This document shows, one piece after another, positions 42,201 to 52,477 of a stretch of 64,000 bases of DNA. This stretch comes from an uncultured Pelagibacteraceae bacterium (GTDB lineage: Bacteria; Pseudomonadota; Alphaproteobacteria; Pelagibacterales; AG-422-B15): assembly GCA_902517885.1 (NCBI GenBank), contig CABYDZ010000001.1:48567-112566 (forward strand). Reading direction: 5' to 3'. The position numbers and the translations under genes were made by a program. Under the pieces are notes generated by a model. It saw nothing but the letters and a program-made list of their open reading frames with translations. It was not told the origin of the DNA and searched no databases. Each line of letters opens with the position of its first letter. Position 1 is the stretch's first letter.

Positions 42201-43280
42201 TATATCGCTGAAAAGGATACTATAGATGAAGAAGCATCATCTACTTATGAAACGGTTGTGATCAAACCAAAGAAAGATTATTTAGCAACTATAAATGAAA
42301 CAGTTAATGAGGGGTTCTTAGGTATCACTGATGAAGGCTTTACGTTGGATACAGTATCAATAGCTGATACCGCATCTCTTTCAAAACCACTATCATTCAA
42401 CGGAGGTTTGCGATTGATGGATGCCGTTGCAAATGAAGTGTCCACCAATGAAGAGTCTGATTTATCAGTTGGTGTTAAATTAAATGATGATAATCAGAAA
42501 AATGTTGAACTATATTCAGGAAAACTCTCTGATGGGAAAGCCTTGCCTGACTGGATACAAGTCAATCCTGAAACAGGAGAAACAACAGCCAATATGCCTG
42601 AGGGTGTTGAAGAGGTTGAAGTTCAGCTTGTTGCTTTAGACAAAGACGGAAACACAAGGGACATTAATATTGTTCTTGATAAAGCAAAAATTAAAAATGA
42701 CCAAGACTTTACTAGAGGTTCAGTTGGTGAAACCAGGGTTGTTGTTGATAATGACGCAAATGTAAATCTTATTCGTAAAACTGACGGAAAAACAAATCAA
42801 GTTGCGTCAAATAATTTAAATGCTGAAACTGATTTCCTAGGAACCATGAAACTGAGTGATATTCAAGTTGATGCAGGCAAGTATACGTTGGATGTTATCG
42901 ATGACAATCAATCGAATGTAAAATTGTATAAAGCTGAGATGAAAGATGGAAGTTCTTTACCTACATGGATTACCATTGATCCAGAAACAGGAGCCATTTC
43001 AGCAGACCCATCAAAAGGGCGAACAGGTTCTGCGGCACCAGCATTTTTAACAAATAGTCTTCAAGTCCTCGAGTTAAAAATTATTGCTGAAGATGAAGAT
43101 GGTAAAGAGAGAATAATTGAAGTTGATATTAATCTCGATGAAATTGCTACTCCGTCTGAAACTGAAGAGCAAGCTGAGGAAACTGATGAAGTTTCGTTTA
43201 TTCCTCTTGATGAACAACTTAAGGTACAGTCTCAGAAAATAGATAATTATGGCGAAAAAATTATTAGTCTTGTAAGCTAA
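36216..43280 (+). CDS. Giant acidic surface adhesin: LEPRxLL leader, DUF4347 domain, 12 VCBS/Ig-like repeats, C-terminal cadherin/He_PIG-like domains
   Basis: LEPRLMLDG at N-terminus; HVIGHGS...ILFYGCNVA...VAASDDITGKGGDWDLE; repeated GTYGTLT..DGSYTY...DTFTYTVSDG; DGKALPDW and DGSSLPTW. Confidence 0.88.
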   Translation: MSNKLIQALEPRLMLDGAAVATAIDAVDDLAQFQKSESDKSSKADHFKVDKDTKLPFVNVDASAQSAKSRQIIFIDSTVEDIETLINSFDNNTEVHVIQSDQDGFVTMQNILSSQENIDAVHVIGHGSVGQIAFGTAVLNSNTLNAYENILQEIGTSLSENGDILFYGCNVAADQSGEILIRQIADITDADVAASDDITGKGGDWDLEKHTGIIETENVSVVGYQYTLSNGVTATQNAVEIHNSNMNFMAGGGSYNNNTGGQTDSGGTRYIVTLERGNVTTGSNLVFDYAVASSSHDPDNDGAVNVYMVYLNDYVNRRSLNDRGIITFDNEILGIFTTPENTIAKSGYDMSTGTYPLTTGSKKVQMRDLEYQNDGVPPGVMGSGDAFTVTGSNKILTMATDNGLKGDFIRVVTRVASDPVVGNNDSGYINEDLTLDVSNGASANDSTPDTSGEHTGDVLLNDTGGDGSALNVSAINGGSLGSPVDGTYGQLTLNPNGSYSYAANKDAADDLDPGDIVTDTFTYTVSDGSDTDTATITITIAGVNDAPVGAADTGAVNEDKQLEVSAGSGVLANDTDADDNASLVVSAVQGQSSNIDSNVTGTYGTLNLDADGSYTYIADQSAADGLAAAATATDTFAYTVSDGTATSTVNLVITVTGIGPEGVNDTASVNENALLDADNASSTGVLANDDDNAAYDSESLAVTNISSDSTGNSGSATQGVLGTYGTLTMAADGTYTYTPNTAAAEALDANDPATDAFTYTVKDDDDKNSSTATLTISITGQDDNPVGVNDTGYINEDGTLTVSDGGSAVTGTDSNNNNESGDTTGDVLLNDTDADAGATLVVSAIQGGSLGSGVNGTYGTLTLYSTGRYTYVADQSDADGLAADAVQTDVFTYTVSDGAGDTSNASLTITVKGIGPQGVADTASVAENATVDNNNAATNGVLANDDDNASFDQESLAVTAITGASAGTVGGDTTGTHGTLSINEDGTYSYAATNDALDPNEQVTDVFTYTVKDDANKNASTATLTITVTGANDPITAVDDTDAVFAGSTIDRSETDTEELDHDDTDPDGDDVSGNFTITAISHGGVAKIVGTEFETSKGTMTIFSNGRYTYSANKAGSTDLANNAITTDTFTYTVQDHSGGDTDTADLVITITGTNNTAPVANTDAGYILEDGRLEVTDGATANDATPDATGEHTGDVLLDDTDADGDTLTVSDISGGSVTNNANGTYGTLVIQSNGSYVYTADKAAADALDADDVVTDQFTYTISDGNGGTATSTLTFTVKGIDDDPVGVADTGAVDEDAQLQVNAESGVLSNDTDADASSSLSVTTVSSNNTSQSGSAGSEITGEFGSLTLDSDGKYTYTANTAAADNLAHNATATDVFTYTVSDGAGTTSNTTLTIAVTGKGPVGSADTAAVNENVLLSKDAASGVLTNDTGGDQESLAVTNISSNDTSATGTAGQGVLGTYGTLTMAADGSYTYTPNTAAAEALDGGDTVSEKFTYTVKDDEDKNSSTAELTINITGVNDAIVAVDDTDAVDEDGRVDRLISDDQELDHDDTDVDTDDVSGSLTITDIRTGPKDGTGNDGAVGVALTGEYGTLTVNDNGSYTYIADQDKSDQLPTGQTGTDTFTYTVSDGTETSTAQLTFTVTGINDNDPVSVDDTDTVNRDATIDRTDGSTFDLAIDDTDADSDTLTITEIRKGNTKGGGDAGTIGQPLVGEYGTLTLQADGSYKYAADQDSINDLGRGQSVIEHFNYTVSDGSRTTTGLLSITVNGISDPPIPTDDVLEADAGAQSITEATSGVLINDIDPDGDSISVDTIRTGEETGTGTSGTIGTALTGTYGDLTMNSDGSYTYQANNAKALNPGETATEYFTYTATDGESSVEAQIAITVTGKNDPPEVLYPVRDPNVVTGEKFIIRHKQIFDDPDRGIYDIAEYKIIDPEDGTEVSLPDGLRLKQNKLHGSINTPGTYSITIRAIDGAGLYADHTFTITVRPASGYIAEKDTIDEEASSTYETVVIKPKKDYLATINETVNEGFLGITDEGFTLDTVSIADTASLSKPLSFNGGLRLMDAVANEVSTNEESDLSVGVKLNDDNQKNVELYSGKLSDGKALPDWIQVNPETGETTANMPEGVEEVEVQLVALDKDGNTRDINIVLDKAKIKNDQDFTRGSVGETRVVVDNDANVNLIRKTDGKTNQVASNNLNAETDFLGTMKLSDIQVDAGKYTLDVIDDNQSNVKLYKAEMKDGSSLPTWITIDPETGAISADPSKGRTGSAAPAFLTNSLQVLELKIIAEDEDGKERIIEVDINLDEIATPSETEEQAEETDEVSFIPLDEQLKVQSQKIDNYGEKIISLVS
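37470..41897 (+). repeat. Twelve diverged about 115-130 aa Ig-like/VCBS repeats inside the adhesin
   Basis: Counted from the translation: most units start PV/PI..D and end FxYT(V/I/A)xD...ITVxG. Confidence 0.85.
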
Positions 43281-43292
43281 TTCTGTAAATAA

Positions 43293-44012
43293 ATGAATAA
43301 AGTTAAAACATCGTTAGCAGCGTTTTGCTTTCTTTTTATATCTTTTGAGGCACTAGCTGAAGAAAGATCAACACGTATTTTAGTTACTGCAACTGAAGAG
43401 GCGACTTTATCAAGTGAAATTTCAGCAAAAATAATCTCTATTCCTGTAAAAGCAGGAAATAACTTTAGTAAATCAGATATTTTAATTGAATTTGACTGTT
43501 CTTTTTTTGAAGCCCAAAAAGATGTTGTTCAAGCAGAACTTGATAGTGCTAGGGTAACTTTAAAAAGCAATCAAGAGCTTGCTGCGATGAGATCTATTGG
43601 AGAGTACGAAGTTCAACTATCTCAAATAGCAGTCGATCGAGCACAATCAGAATTAAATATTGCGAAACTCAACACCGATCGTTGTATTATTCGAGCGCCC
43701 TATGACGGAGTCATGTCCAAAGTTTTTGTAAATGAGTACGAAAGTATTGAAAGGCAACAGCCATTGATTGAAATTATTGGGTCAGGCACGTTGGAGGCAA
43801 AACTTATGATATCAAGTAAATGGCTATCATGGTTATCTGAAGGATATCCTCTAAGTATAGTTATTGATGAGAATGGCTTAGAGTACAGTGCGCAAATACA
43901 TTCTTTGGGTGCAGATATAGATCCGGTAAGTCAGACGATTGATGCTACCGCACAATTTGATAAAAATTATAAGACATTACTTCCAGGAATGAGTGGGACA
44001 GCAACGTTTTGA
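43293..44012 (+). CDS. Short RND/HlyD-type periplasmic adaptor (membrane fusion protein)
   Basis: Signal peptide; lipoyl halves (IPVKAGNNFSKSDILIEFDC, IRAPYDG); DPVSQT and LLPGMSGTA. Confidence 0.85.
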   Translation: MNKVKTSLAAFCFLFISFEALAEERSTRILVTATEEATLSSEISAKIISIPVKAGNNFSKSDILIEFDCSFFEAQKDVVQAELDSARVTLKSNQELAAMRSIGEYEVQLSQIAVDRAQSELNIAKLNTDRCIIRAPYDGVMSKVFVNEYESIERQQPLIEIIGSGTLEAKLMISSKWLSWLSEGYPLSIVIDENGLEYSAQIHSLGADIDPVSQTIDATAQFDKNYKTLLPGMSGTATF

Positions 44013-45352
44013 ATGATAATTCTTCAATAAAAATTGCACGACTAATTACACTTGAAAAAAAGTTTCGTAACGCTGAAAGTGAAACAGAACTTGGTTTTAT
44101 TTGTGCAAACGAATTACGGAGTATAGTTGACTATAATTTCTTATTTCTTCTCAACAGATCAAGCATAAACCGGCTTAAAGTGAATACTATTTCTGATTTA
44201 TCAGTCATTGATAGAACTGCTCCAACCGTTACCTTTATTGAGGGATTGCTCAATAAGAAAGGAATGATCAATAGTGATGAAGTATCTGCAATTAGTCTTC
44301 AAAGCCTTGATTTAGATAAAGTAAACCTAAGCATCCCTGAAAATTTTCCAAATCATTTAGTTTTTGTTCCTTTGTCTTCACGAATAGAAAAAAATATTGG
44401 TTACTTAGTTCTTGTAAGAACAGAACCAGTTACAAGTTCAGAAAAAGATTTATTATTGCACATCTCTGAAAGCTTTAGCCACGCGCTGACTGCTTTTGGT
44501 TCAAAAAAAACTGTTTTAAGCAGTATCAGTCGTATATTTATAGGGTGGGTAAAGTGGCTTGTGATTGCATCCATAACTGTGGTGATGTTCTTTCCTATCA
44601 GCATGTCAGCTTTGGCGCCTGTTGAGGTGGTTGCAAAAGATCCAACTATTGTTACATCTCCTGTGAACGGCGTTGTTGAAAAAGTTTTAATTAAGACCAA
44701 CGAAAATGTAAAACCAGGTACAGAACTAGTTAAACTAGATGATTTAAACTTTAAAAATCAGTATGAAATTGCACTTCAAAAACTTGAAGTAGCTGAAGCC
44801 GAGCTATTAAGAGTAAAGCAGTCATCATTTTCAAATGAAGATGATAAAGCACGCCTGGTTGAGCTTTCAACCGAAGTAGGGTTAAGAAAAAAAGAAGCCA
44901 CCTACGCAGAAGAGCAATTGAAGTATTCAATCATCTCTGCAGAGCGAGAAGGTATAGCAGTAGTTGAAGACTTTACTGATTGGCAAGGGAGACCTGTTAC
45001 CATTGGCGAAAAAATATTAACTATAGCTGATCCTCAAAGCATCGAATTTCAAATCTTTTTGCCTACAAAAGATTCTCTTTTGATTAAAAAAGAAGCCAGA
45101 GTAAAAGTGTTTTTAGATAGTGACCCTCTTAATTCTCTTGAAGGAGAAGTCTTGCGTACTTCATATAAGCCTGCTCTTACGGCTGAGAATATTTTAGCAT
45201 ATCAAATTTTTGCAAAATTAGATGAAAATCAAGGTGAGATTCCAAGAATAGGTTTGCGTGGAACTGCTAAAATTTATGGCGAAAAGACGAGTATTTTTTA
45301 TTACATATTCCGCGTACCTATAAATCTTACGAGACAATTTTTAGGATTTTAG
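44009..45352 (+). CDS. HlyD-family adaptor with N-terminal cytoplasmic (GAF-like) region
   Basis: TTG start overlapping previous stop; one TM, then VTSPVNGVVEKV lipoyl, coiled coil, PRIGLRGTAKI. Confidence 0.8.
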   Translation: MNDNSSIKIARLITLEKKFRNAESETELGFICANELRSIVDYNFLFLLNRSSINRLKVNTISDLSVIDRTAPTVTFIEGLLNKKGMINSDEVSAISLQSLDLDKVNLSIPENFPNHLVFVPLSSRIEKNIGYLVLVRTEPVTSSEKDLLLHISESFSHALTAFGSKKTVLSSISRIFIGWVKWLVIASITVVMFFPISMSALAPVEVVAKDPTIVTSPVNGVVEKVLIKTNENVKPGTELVKLDDLNFKNQYEIALQKLEVAEAELLRVKQSSFSNEDDKARLVELSTEVGLRKKEATYAEEQLKYSIISAEREGIAVVEDFTDWQGRPVTIGEKILTIADPQSIEFQIFLPTKDSLLIKKEARVKVFLDSDPLNSLEGEVLRTSYKPALTAENILAYQIFAKLDENQGEIPRIGLRGTAKIYGEKTSIFYYIFRVPINLTRQFLGF

Positions 45353-47458
45353 ATGACTGTTCCATACTTAAGACAAGATTTGAAATTGAGTGAGGGTCCC
45401 AAAAAAGAGGACGGCTCTTCATCGTGGCTACTTTATGATTCTTTGAGAAACAAATATTTTTCAATCAATAAAAATGCTTTTGATCTTTTAAAAAACTGGT
45501 CAAGTGGATCTCAATTAGATGATTTCATAAAAAAAATTAATGAAATTAACTTATTGGTAAGTGAAGAAGAAATAAATGAGTTTATCAATTTTCTTGATCA
45601 AAATAATTTGACAATCAAAAAGACCAGTGAAGAAGTAAAGTCTTTGGTGGTTCAAAAAAACAAAACGAATAAACATTGGTTACTTAAACTCATTCACAAT
45701 TATCTATTTTTCAAAATACCTTTATTAAGACCAGGCACTTGGCTCCAAAGAACTTTACCTATTGCCATGTTCTTAAGCTCATTAACAGTCAGACGAATTA
45801 TTTATGGTTTAGGAATAATTGGAATATTTCTGACAATAACTAATTATGAGAAATTTCTCTCAACCTTTTCATATTTTTATAATATTAATGGCTTGATCTT
45901 GTTTGGAATTACGATCATTTTTGTGAAAGCTTTACATGAGTTAGGTCATGCTTATGTAGCTACATATTATAAGTGTAAAGTTTCATCTATTGGCCTAGCT
46001 ATGCTGGTGTTTTTTCCATTTTTATATACAGATACATCCGATGCCTGGAAACTCACTGACCACAGAAAGCGATTACTAATAAATTTTGCAGGCATGTTAA
46101 CTGAACTGCACCTAGCCTTGATTGCTACATTTGCATGGGCTGTATTTCCTGAGGGCATTATGAAAAGTGCAGCATTTTTCATTGCTACATCAAGTTGGAT
46201 TTCATCTTTATTGATCAACATAAGTCCTTTTATGAGGTTTGATGGCTATTATGTGCTCTCTGATTTTCTAAAAGCTGAAAACTTGCAACCGCGTTCATTT
46301 GCTTTAGGTCGATGGCAGATAAGAGAGTGGCTCTTTGGTTTTAAATTTCAGCCACCAGAACAGTTGATCGCTAACAGAAGGTGGACTTTTATAATTTATG
46401 CATGGGCTACGTGGATTTATCGTTTCTTTATTTTTATTGGTATTGCATTATTGGTTTATTATTTAACATTTAAAATATTAGGAATTATTTTATTTGTAAT
46501 AGAAATTGTGTGGTTCATTTTATTGCCGATCGCTAGAGAAGTTATTCAATGGTGGAAGCTTAGAAAGTCGATGAAATTCAATAGATCTTCTATGAGGTCA
46601 ATCGTCTTGTTCACAGTATTTATGTTTGCCATGCTTGTTCCATGGCGCACATCCCTAAGTTTGCCAGCTGTTATTGAAGAAGGTGTTGTTCTTGATATTT
46701 TTGCATCAGAAGACTCCAAGATAAGAAAGGTCAATGTTTCACATAATCAGTATGTAGCTGAGGGAGACTTGCTAGTTGTTATGACCAGTCCTTTGATCTC
46801 TAATAAAGTTGAAAAAGCAATAGATCGCGTAAAAATGATACAGCAAAAACTTGATCGTAGAGTGGGATCAAAGCTTGATCTTAGCAATCTATTAATACTT
46901 GAGAATGAGTTACAAAAAGAGATTGAAATTTTGAATTCATTGAAAGAAGAAAATAAAGCTTTATCAATTTATGCACAATCAGATGGCATAATAAAAGATC
47001 TGATAAGTCTAAACGCTAATCAATGGGTAAATAAAAAAGATAAGCTATTTTCAATTGTTCAGTCAGAAGAAGTGCAAGTAATAGCTTTTGTTAGCGAGAC
47101 AGATCTTGATAAAATAAAAAAAGTTTCAAGTGGTTACTTTCATGCAAAAAATAATGAATTTGCGAAAGTCAAAGTCGAATTAGTATCATCAAATGAAACT
47201 TCAACCGAAGAGTTGCCGTATTTAGCTTTGACTTCAACTTATGGAGGCACAATCGCATCAAGAGAAATACTTGGAAAGAAAAAAGTTCAGAGACCTGAAA
47301 ATGCTCTTTATCAACTAAATTTCACTTCTTCAGAGAGTCCAAAAGATTTACAGTGGCAGACAGCTGGATCTGTTAAAATAGATTCAGAAAATTATAATAT
47401 TTTTCAAAATATATTTAATGCTACTACCTCAATACTCATTCAGGAAAGTGGATTTTAG
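45353..47458 (+). CDS. Site-2-protease (M50)-like membrane domain fused to a HlyD-type adaptor
   Basis: HELGH (45935), [12 protein letters not shown] (46217), multiple TMs, C-terminal lipoyl/coiled-coil. Confidence 0.82.
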   Translation: MTVPYLRQDLKLSEGPKKEDGSSSWLLYDSLRNKYFSINKNAFDLLKNWSSGSQLDDFIKKINEINLLVSEEEINEFINFLDQNNLTIKKTSEEVKSLVVQKNKTNKHWLLKLIHNYLFFKIPLLRPGTWLQRTLPIAMFLSSLTVRRIIYGLGIIGIFLTITNYEKFLSTFSYFYNINGLILFGITIIFVKALHELGHAYVATYYKCKVSSIGLAMLVFFPFLYTDTSDAWKLTDHRKRLLINFAGMLTELHLALIATFAWAVFPEGIMKSAAFFIATSSWISSLLINISPFMRFDGYYVLSDFLKAENLQPRSFALGRWQIREWLFGFKFQPPEQLIANRRWTFIIYAWATWIYRFFIFIGIALLVYYLTFKILGIILFVIEIVWFILLPIAREVIQWWKLRKSMKFNRSSMRSIVLFTVFMFAMLVPWRTSLSLPAVIEEGVVLDIFASEDSKIRKVNVSHNQYVAEGDLLVVMTSPLISNKVEKAIDRVKMIQQKLDRRVGSKLDLSNLLILENELQKEIEILNSLKEENKALSIYAQSDGIIKDLISLNANQWVNKKDKLFSIVQSEEVQVIAFVSETDLDKIKKVSSGYFHAKNNEFAKVKVELVSSNETSTEELPYLALTSTYGGTIASREILGKKKVQRPENALYQLNFTSSESPKDLQWQTAGSVKIDSENYNIFQNIFNATTSILIQESGF

Positions 47459-48075
47459 TTTATTTCAAGACCGCCCTCAGTTTTGAGAAACTCAGCAACA
47501 TTTTCTATACCCTTATTATTCTTCATTTCACCGAAAATATAAGGCATGCCTGATCGGGCAGTTTCAACATCTAATTTCATTTGATCCAAATCAACATTTA
47601 CGTGATTTGCTAAATCGGTTTTATTGATAATTAGTAAATCAGATTTTTTTATTGCTGGCCCACCTTTACGAGGAATATCACCCCCCATTCCAACATCAAT
47701 CACATAGATTGATAAATCTACTAACTCTGGACTAAACGTTGCAGCTAAATTATCTCCACCCGACTCAATTAATAGCAATTGTAAATCAGGAAATTTTTGT
47801 TTCATTTCCTCTACAGCCAATAGGTTAATCGAGGCATCCTCTCGAATTGCGGTATGAGGGCATCCACCTGTTTCAACCCCTTTAATTCTCTCTATTGGCA
47901 AAACTTGAGCTCTCATTAAATACTCGGCGTCTTCGATGGTGTAAATATCATTTGATATAACTGCCATTGAAATATTTTTAGATAAATTTTTGCACAAAGC
48001 CTCAGTAAGACTTGTTTTACCAGCACCTACTGGACCGCCGATACCAATTTTTAAAGGACCTCGAAAATTATTCAT
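47455..48075 (-). CDS. ureG: Urease accessory GTPase
   Basis: [27 protein letters not shown]. Confidence 0.97.
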   Translation of the reverse strand: MNNFRGPLKIGIGGPVGAGKTSLTEALCKNLSKNISMAVISNDIYTIEDAEYLMRAQVLPIERIKGVETGGCPHTAIREDASINLLAVEEMKQKFPDLQLLLIESGGDNLAATFSPELVDLSIYVIDVGMGGDIPRKGGPAIKKSDLLIINKTDLANHVNVDLDQMKLDVETARSGMPYIFGEMKNNKGIENVAEFLKTEGGLEIN

Positions 48076-48731
48076 GTGACGTAAATTCTGGATGTAAGAT
48101 TTTCATGTTTCATACTGTAAATATCTGCACAAAACATGGAACTGCGTAAATCATCTAAGCTATAGTCTTTCATCGTATTATGGAAACTTTTCATCATTCC
48201 AAGAAATGACACCATACAATCTTGGCCATCTTTCTGGCTTAAAGGTATATGTTTAACGCACATATTAATTAAGTTTGCGATGAATGATTGAATATAAAAG
48301 TCAACCAAATCATCAAAGGCAATATGAAATTTAATTCCTGCTTGAGCAATACAGACTGGAAAAGCAGTCTCATTATTTATTGTATAGCCCCAACTCTCAG
48401 ACATGATTTTTCTGAAGGCGTCACCCATTTTGAGCGTTTCAAGCTGACGTTCCTTGGATGAGCAACTTGCAAGCACTAATTCATTTACATAAATTCCATC
48501 ATAGGTAGCCTTGATAAAGATATACTCATTTCTGCATGTTCCCTCAAAGAGAATACTTTTAATAAATTCCAATACGTCATTTTTATTTTTGATAAGCTTA
48601 TCATCAATTAAAGCCTCGAGACCATGTGAATATGCGTATGAACCAATAGGAAATGAAGACGAAAACCAAAGATGTAAAATTTGATGAGATTTTAAATCTG
48701 ATAAGTTTTTACTTTTAATGCTTGTGACCAT
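48072..48731 (-). CDS. ureF: Urease accessory protein UreF
   Basis: [27 protein letters not shown]; start moved to MVTSIK to limit overlap with ureE. Confidence 0.9.
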   Translation of the reverse strand: MVTSIKSKNLSDLKSHQILHLWFSSSFPIGSYAYSHGLEALIDDKLIKNKNDVLEFIKSILFEGTCRNEYIFIKATYDGIYVNELVLASCSSKERQLETLKMGDAFRKIMSESWGYTINNETAFPVCIAQAGIKFHIAFDDLVDFYIQSFIANLINMCVKHIPLSQKDGQDCMVSFLGMMKSFHNTMKDYSLDDLRSSMFCADIYSMKHENLTSRIYVT

Positions 48732-49158
48732 GCGTTCTTCCCATACCGTAAGCCCCTCCTTCAGGATTAAATTGTTCAATCACAGATTTTGTCTGCCCCC
48801 CAAGTCTTCTCACCATATCCTCAATTATATGGTCACTTTGTATTAGAATTCTTGTAGCTTCAATCTGACAGGGGATATGTCTATTCCCAATATGCCATAT
48901 TAATTTATTTAAATCTTCTGACTTGATCTCAATTAAGTTTTCTTTTTTTGATTTTATAGTAATTAATTTTCCACTCTCAAGTTTGAACGCTTGATTACTC
49001 AGGACTGATCTCATCTCTTCAAGATCAACAAGAAATTCATGACCTTTGTCAGAAACTAACTTTTTGCGTCGCATGAATCTCTCCTCATAAGATAGCGAAA
49101 TTGTATCAACCTCTTCAGAGGAATCACAGTTACTTAATATTAAATTACAAATTTCCAT
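48715..49158 (-). CDS. ureE: Urease accessory Ni chaperone UreE
   Basis: WHIGNRH, FNPEGGAYG, His-containing tail HGHKH. Confidence 0.93.
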   Translation of the reverse strand: MEICNLILSNCDSSEEVDTISLSYEERFMRRKKLVSDKGHEFLVDLEEMRSVLSNQAFKLESGKLITIKSKKENLIEIKSEDLNKLIWHIGNRHIPCQIEATRILIQSDHIIEDMVRRLGGQTKSVIEQFNPEGGAYGMGRTHGHKH

Positions 49159-49160
49159 AA

Positions 49161-50867
49161 TCAGTACATAAAATATCTTTGTGCCATTGGCAGTTCTTTA
49201 GCTGGTTCACATGTTATAATTTCTCCATTTGCCCTAACCTCATATGTTTCAGGATTTACATCTATAGTTGGACAAACATCATTTAAAACCATATCTTTTT
49301 TTGAAATTGACCTTGTATTGCTTACCGGCAGCATGCTTTTTTGTATATTGAGATGATTAAGGCTGCCTGCCTCCAGAGAACTCTTGCTGACAAAAGTTAT
49401 CGATGAGCTTTCAAGCGATCTTCCATAACTTCCAAACATTGGGCGGGTATATACAGGTTGGGGAGTTGGAATCGATGCATTTGGATCGCCCATTTGTGCG
49501 CAGGCAATACTCCCACCCATTATTACAATCTCAGGCTTAACACCAAAGAAAGCTGGGTCCCAGATAACGATATCTGCTCTTTTATTTTTTTCGAGACTGC
49601 CAACATAGGAAGAAATTCCATGAGCAATTGACGGATTTATTGTATATTTTGCAAGGTATCGTTTGACTCTTAAATTATCATTATCGCCTTGCTCTTCAGA
49701 CAGTCTTCCTCGTTGGACTTTCATTTTATGTGCTGTTTGCCATGTTCTAATAATAACCTCACCAACACGTCCCATAGCTTGACTGTCAGATGCGATGATT
49801 GAGAAAGCACCCATATCGTGTAATATGTCTTCAGCAGCCATCGTTTCTCTCCGTATTCTACTTTCAGCAAATGCTACGTCTTCAGGTATTGATTTATCAA
49901 GGTGATGGCAAACCATCAGCATATCTAAATGCTCTTCAACAGTGTTAACAGTAAATGGTCGTGTCGGATTAGTTGAAGATGGCAAAACATACGGTTCACC
50001 GCAAATTTTTATTATATCAGGCGCGTGTCCACCACCTGCACCCTCAGTATGAAATGTATGAATGGTTCTTTTATTAATTGCATTTATTGTATTTTCTACA
50101 AAGCCACTTTCATTGAGCGTATCAGTATGTATCATGACCTGAACGTCGAATTTATCAGCAACATTTAAACAATTATCAATTGCACCAGGAGTAGAGCCCC
50201 AGTCCTCATGAAGTTTAAGAGCAGCTGCTCCACCAAGAACTTGTTCCTCTAAACCTGAAGGCAACGAAGAATTTCCTTTGCCTGCATAAGCTAAATTCAT
50301 CGAGAAAGCATCAGATGATTGAAGCATTCTGCCGATGTGCCATGGTCCCGGCGTGCAAGTAGTTGCTAATGTTCCATGTGCAGGTCCAGTACCTCCACCC
50401 AGCATCGTAGTAATGCCAGAATGTAAGGCGTCATCAATTTGCTGAGGACATATGAAATGTATATGACTGTCAAAGCCGCCCGCCGTTACAATTTTACCTT
50501 CACCTGCAATAACCTCAGTACCTGGACCAATTATAATATCCACACCGGGTTGTGTATCAGGGTTACCAGCTTTTCCAATATGGTCAATATTTCCGTTCTT
50601 TAGTCCAATATCTGCTTTATATATCCCGGTGACATCTAGAATCAGAGCATTTGTAATAACTGTGTCTACGGCTCCATCACTTCTTGAAACCTGAGACTGT
50701 CCCATGCCATCGCGAATAACTTTGCCGCCACCAAACTTAACTTCCTCACCATAGATTGTGAGGTCTTTTTCAACCTCTATGAAAAGTTCAGTATCTGCTA
50801 ACCTTACTTTATCCCCTGTTGTGGGGCCATACATAGCTGCATAAGATTGTCTTGGAATTTTTTTCAT
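49161..50867 (-). CDS. ureC: Urease alpha subunit
   Basis: [45 protein letters not shown]. Confidence 0.98.
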   Translation of the reverse strand: MKKIPRQSYAAMYGPTTGDKVRLADTELFIEVEKDLTIYGEEVKFGGGKVIRDGMGQSQVSRSDGAVDTVITNALILDVTGIYKADIGLKNGNIDHIGKAGNPDTQPGVDIIIGPGTEVIAGEGKIVTAGGFDSHIHFICPQQIDDALHSGITTMLGGGTGPAHGTLATTCTPGPWHIGRMLQSSDAFSMNLAYAGKGNSSLPSGLEEQVLGGAAALKLHEDWGSTPGAIDNCLNVADKFDVQVMIHTDTLNESGFVENTINAINKRTIHTFHTEGAGGGHAPDIIKICGEPYVLPSSTNPTRPFTVNTVEEHLDMLMVCHHLDKSIPEDVAFAESRIRRETMAAEDILHDMGAFSIIASDSQAMGRVGEVIIRTWQTAHKMKVQRGRLSEEQGDNDNLRVKRYLAKYTINPSIAHGISSYVGSLEKNKRADIVIWDPAFFGVKPEIVIMGGSIACAQMGDPNASIPTPQPVYTRPMFGSYGRSLESSSITFVSKSSLEAGSLNHLNIQKSMLPVSNTRSISKKDMVLNDVCPTIDVNPETYEVRANGEIITCEPAKELPMAQRYFMY

Positions 50868-51172
50868 TTAATTTTTCCCATGACTTTTTTATTAAACCCA
50901 AATATTTTTTTTAGTCCCTGTATTTCTATAAGCTCAACATCTCTTGTTTGCCCAGGTTCAAACCTTACTGCGGTTCCAGATGAAATGTTTAGTCTCATGC
51001 CTAAAGATTTCTTTCTATCAAATTCAAGACTTTCATTTACTTCAGCAAAATGATAGTGGCTACCGACTTGAATTGGACGATCACCAGTGTTGGAGACTTT
51101 CATTGTCAAACTCACTAAATCTTTATTTAAAATTATTTCACTGTCACTTGTAATTATTTCTCCTGGAATCAT
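50864..51172 (-). CDS. ureB: Urease beta subunit
   Basis: [29 protein letters not shown]. Confidence 0.97.
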   Translation of the reverse strand: MIPGEIITSDSEIILNKDLVSLTMKVSNTGDRPIQVGSHYHFAEVNESLEFDRKKSLGMRLNISSGTAVRFEPGQTRDVELIEIQGLKKIFGFNKKVMGKIK

Positions 51173-51179
51173 ATAATTC

Positions 51180-51482
51180 TTACCTTATGGGTTTATGTAC
51201 CGTGACTAACTTTGTTCCATCTGGAAAAGTTGCTTCTGTCTGCACTTCGGCAATCATTTCAGCAACTCCTTCCATACAGTCATCTTTTTTTAATACATGT
51301 GCTGCACTTTCCATTAATTCAGCTACAGATTTGCCGTCCCTTGCACCTTCAACAACATAATCAGAAATAATTGATACGGCTTCAGGGTAATTTAATTTAA
51401 CGCCACGGTCTAACCTCTTTCGAGCGACTATTGCAGCCATGCTGACCATCATTTTATCAATCTCTCTTGGAGAAAGCTTCAC
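51180..51482 (-). CDS. ureA: Urease gamma subunit
   Basis: GTG start (GTGA overlap with ureD stop) gives MKLSPRE; KLNYPE and [14 protein letters not shown]. Confidence 0.95.
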   Translation of the reverse strand: MKLSPREIDKMMVSMAAIVARKRLDRGVKLNYPEAVSIISDYVVEGARDGKSVAELMESAAHVLKKDDCMEGVAEMIAEVQTEATFPDGTKLVTVHKPIR

Positions 51483-52276
51483 GCAGCACCCCACATGTAA
51501 GGAATTTTACCATTCATCATGATTGATACGATATTTTTTGTAAATTTTTTTAAATAATAGTTATTAGATGAAATACTTCTTATTATTATCTTACCATCCC
51601 ACTCTGAAATACCAGTAGTTATACTTTTTTCATCATGTATATTATCTTTTAATACAGTATAAAATTTATTCATCTCTGAACCGAGTATTATTATTGTATT
51701 AATTGCAATATTATCGTTAAGCATAAATTTACTTTTCCGCATTCTTTTTATATTATCTTCAAAGCCATTGATTTCAAGGTGAGCAATTTTATTATCATTA
51801 AATATTTTCCATCGATCAGAGTAGTAACCTTTTTCAATCGTTTCATGCATTGCTGATCTTCCATAAACAACTGTTTCACAGAAAAATAAATTTGAATTAT
51901 TCAAAAGATTGATATCAATTTGACGTCTTAGGTTGCAGTTATCAAAGAGGATTGTTTCATTTGGTATCCAAAAAAGAGTACTGTTATCAATGTTAATTGT
52001 ATATTTAAGTTCAGCCGCATCTCCATATCCACTGTATACCTTCTCTGCAGCCTGACTTGTAGTGAGCATATGTGTATTGTGTAAATCTATATTGATATTA
52101 AACTTATCTCCACTTGTTACACCCCCAGATGTATTAACTAAAACTATTTGAGACAAATTAGAGTAGGATTGAGGTAGTAAAGCTTTAAGGCATCCTTGCT
52201 GATATAATCTTTCAACATCATTATTTATAAACTCTGCATCAATTGTGCCTACAGATTTTTGAAGATTTACTATCAT
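51479..52276 (-). CDS. ureD: Urease accessory protein UreD
   Basis: [44 protein letters not shown]; ORF may extend to 52303. Confidence 0.9.
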   Translation of the reverse strand: MIVNLQKSVGTIDAEFINNDVERLYQQGCLKALLPQSYSNLSQIVLVNTSGGVTSGDKFNINIDLHNTHMLTTSQAAEKVYSGYGDAAELKYTINIDNSTLFWIPNETILFDNCNLRRQIDINLLNNSNLFFCETVVYGRSAMHETIEKGYYSDRWKIFNDNKIAHLEINGFEDNIKRMRKSKFMLNDNIAINTIIILGSEMNKFYTVLKDNIHDEKSITTGISEWDGKIIIRSISSNNYYLKKFTKNIVSIMMNGKIPYMWGAA

Positions 52277-52477
52277 GAAATTATCATAGTGTTTTAATTT
52301 CAAGTTGACAAATAATTGTCATTTATTTTTATCACTAAAATTACAGATACTAATTAGTAATATAAAAATTACGTTTAAATATTTTTTTTGAAGATGTCAT
52401 GTTGGCAAGTGTAAAGATTCGTATCACTAATTTTTTTAAGAAATTATGTAGCAGTTAAAAAAATGAAAGGACGAATA

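Noticed and set aside
52402-52418. Sigma54 promoter for urtA (TTGGCAAG)
   Set aside because: The -12 TTGC element is missing at the required spacing.
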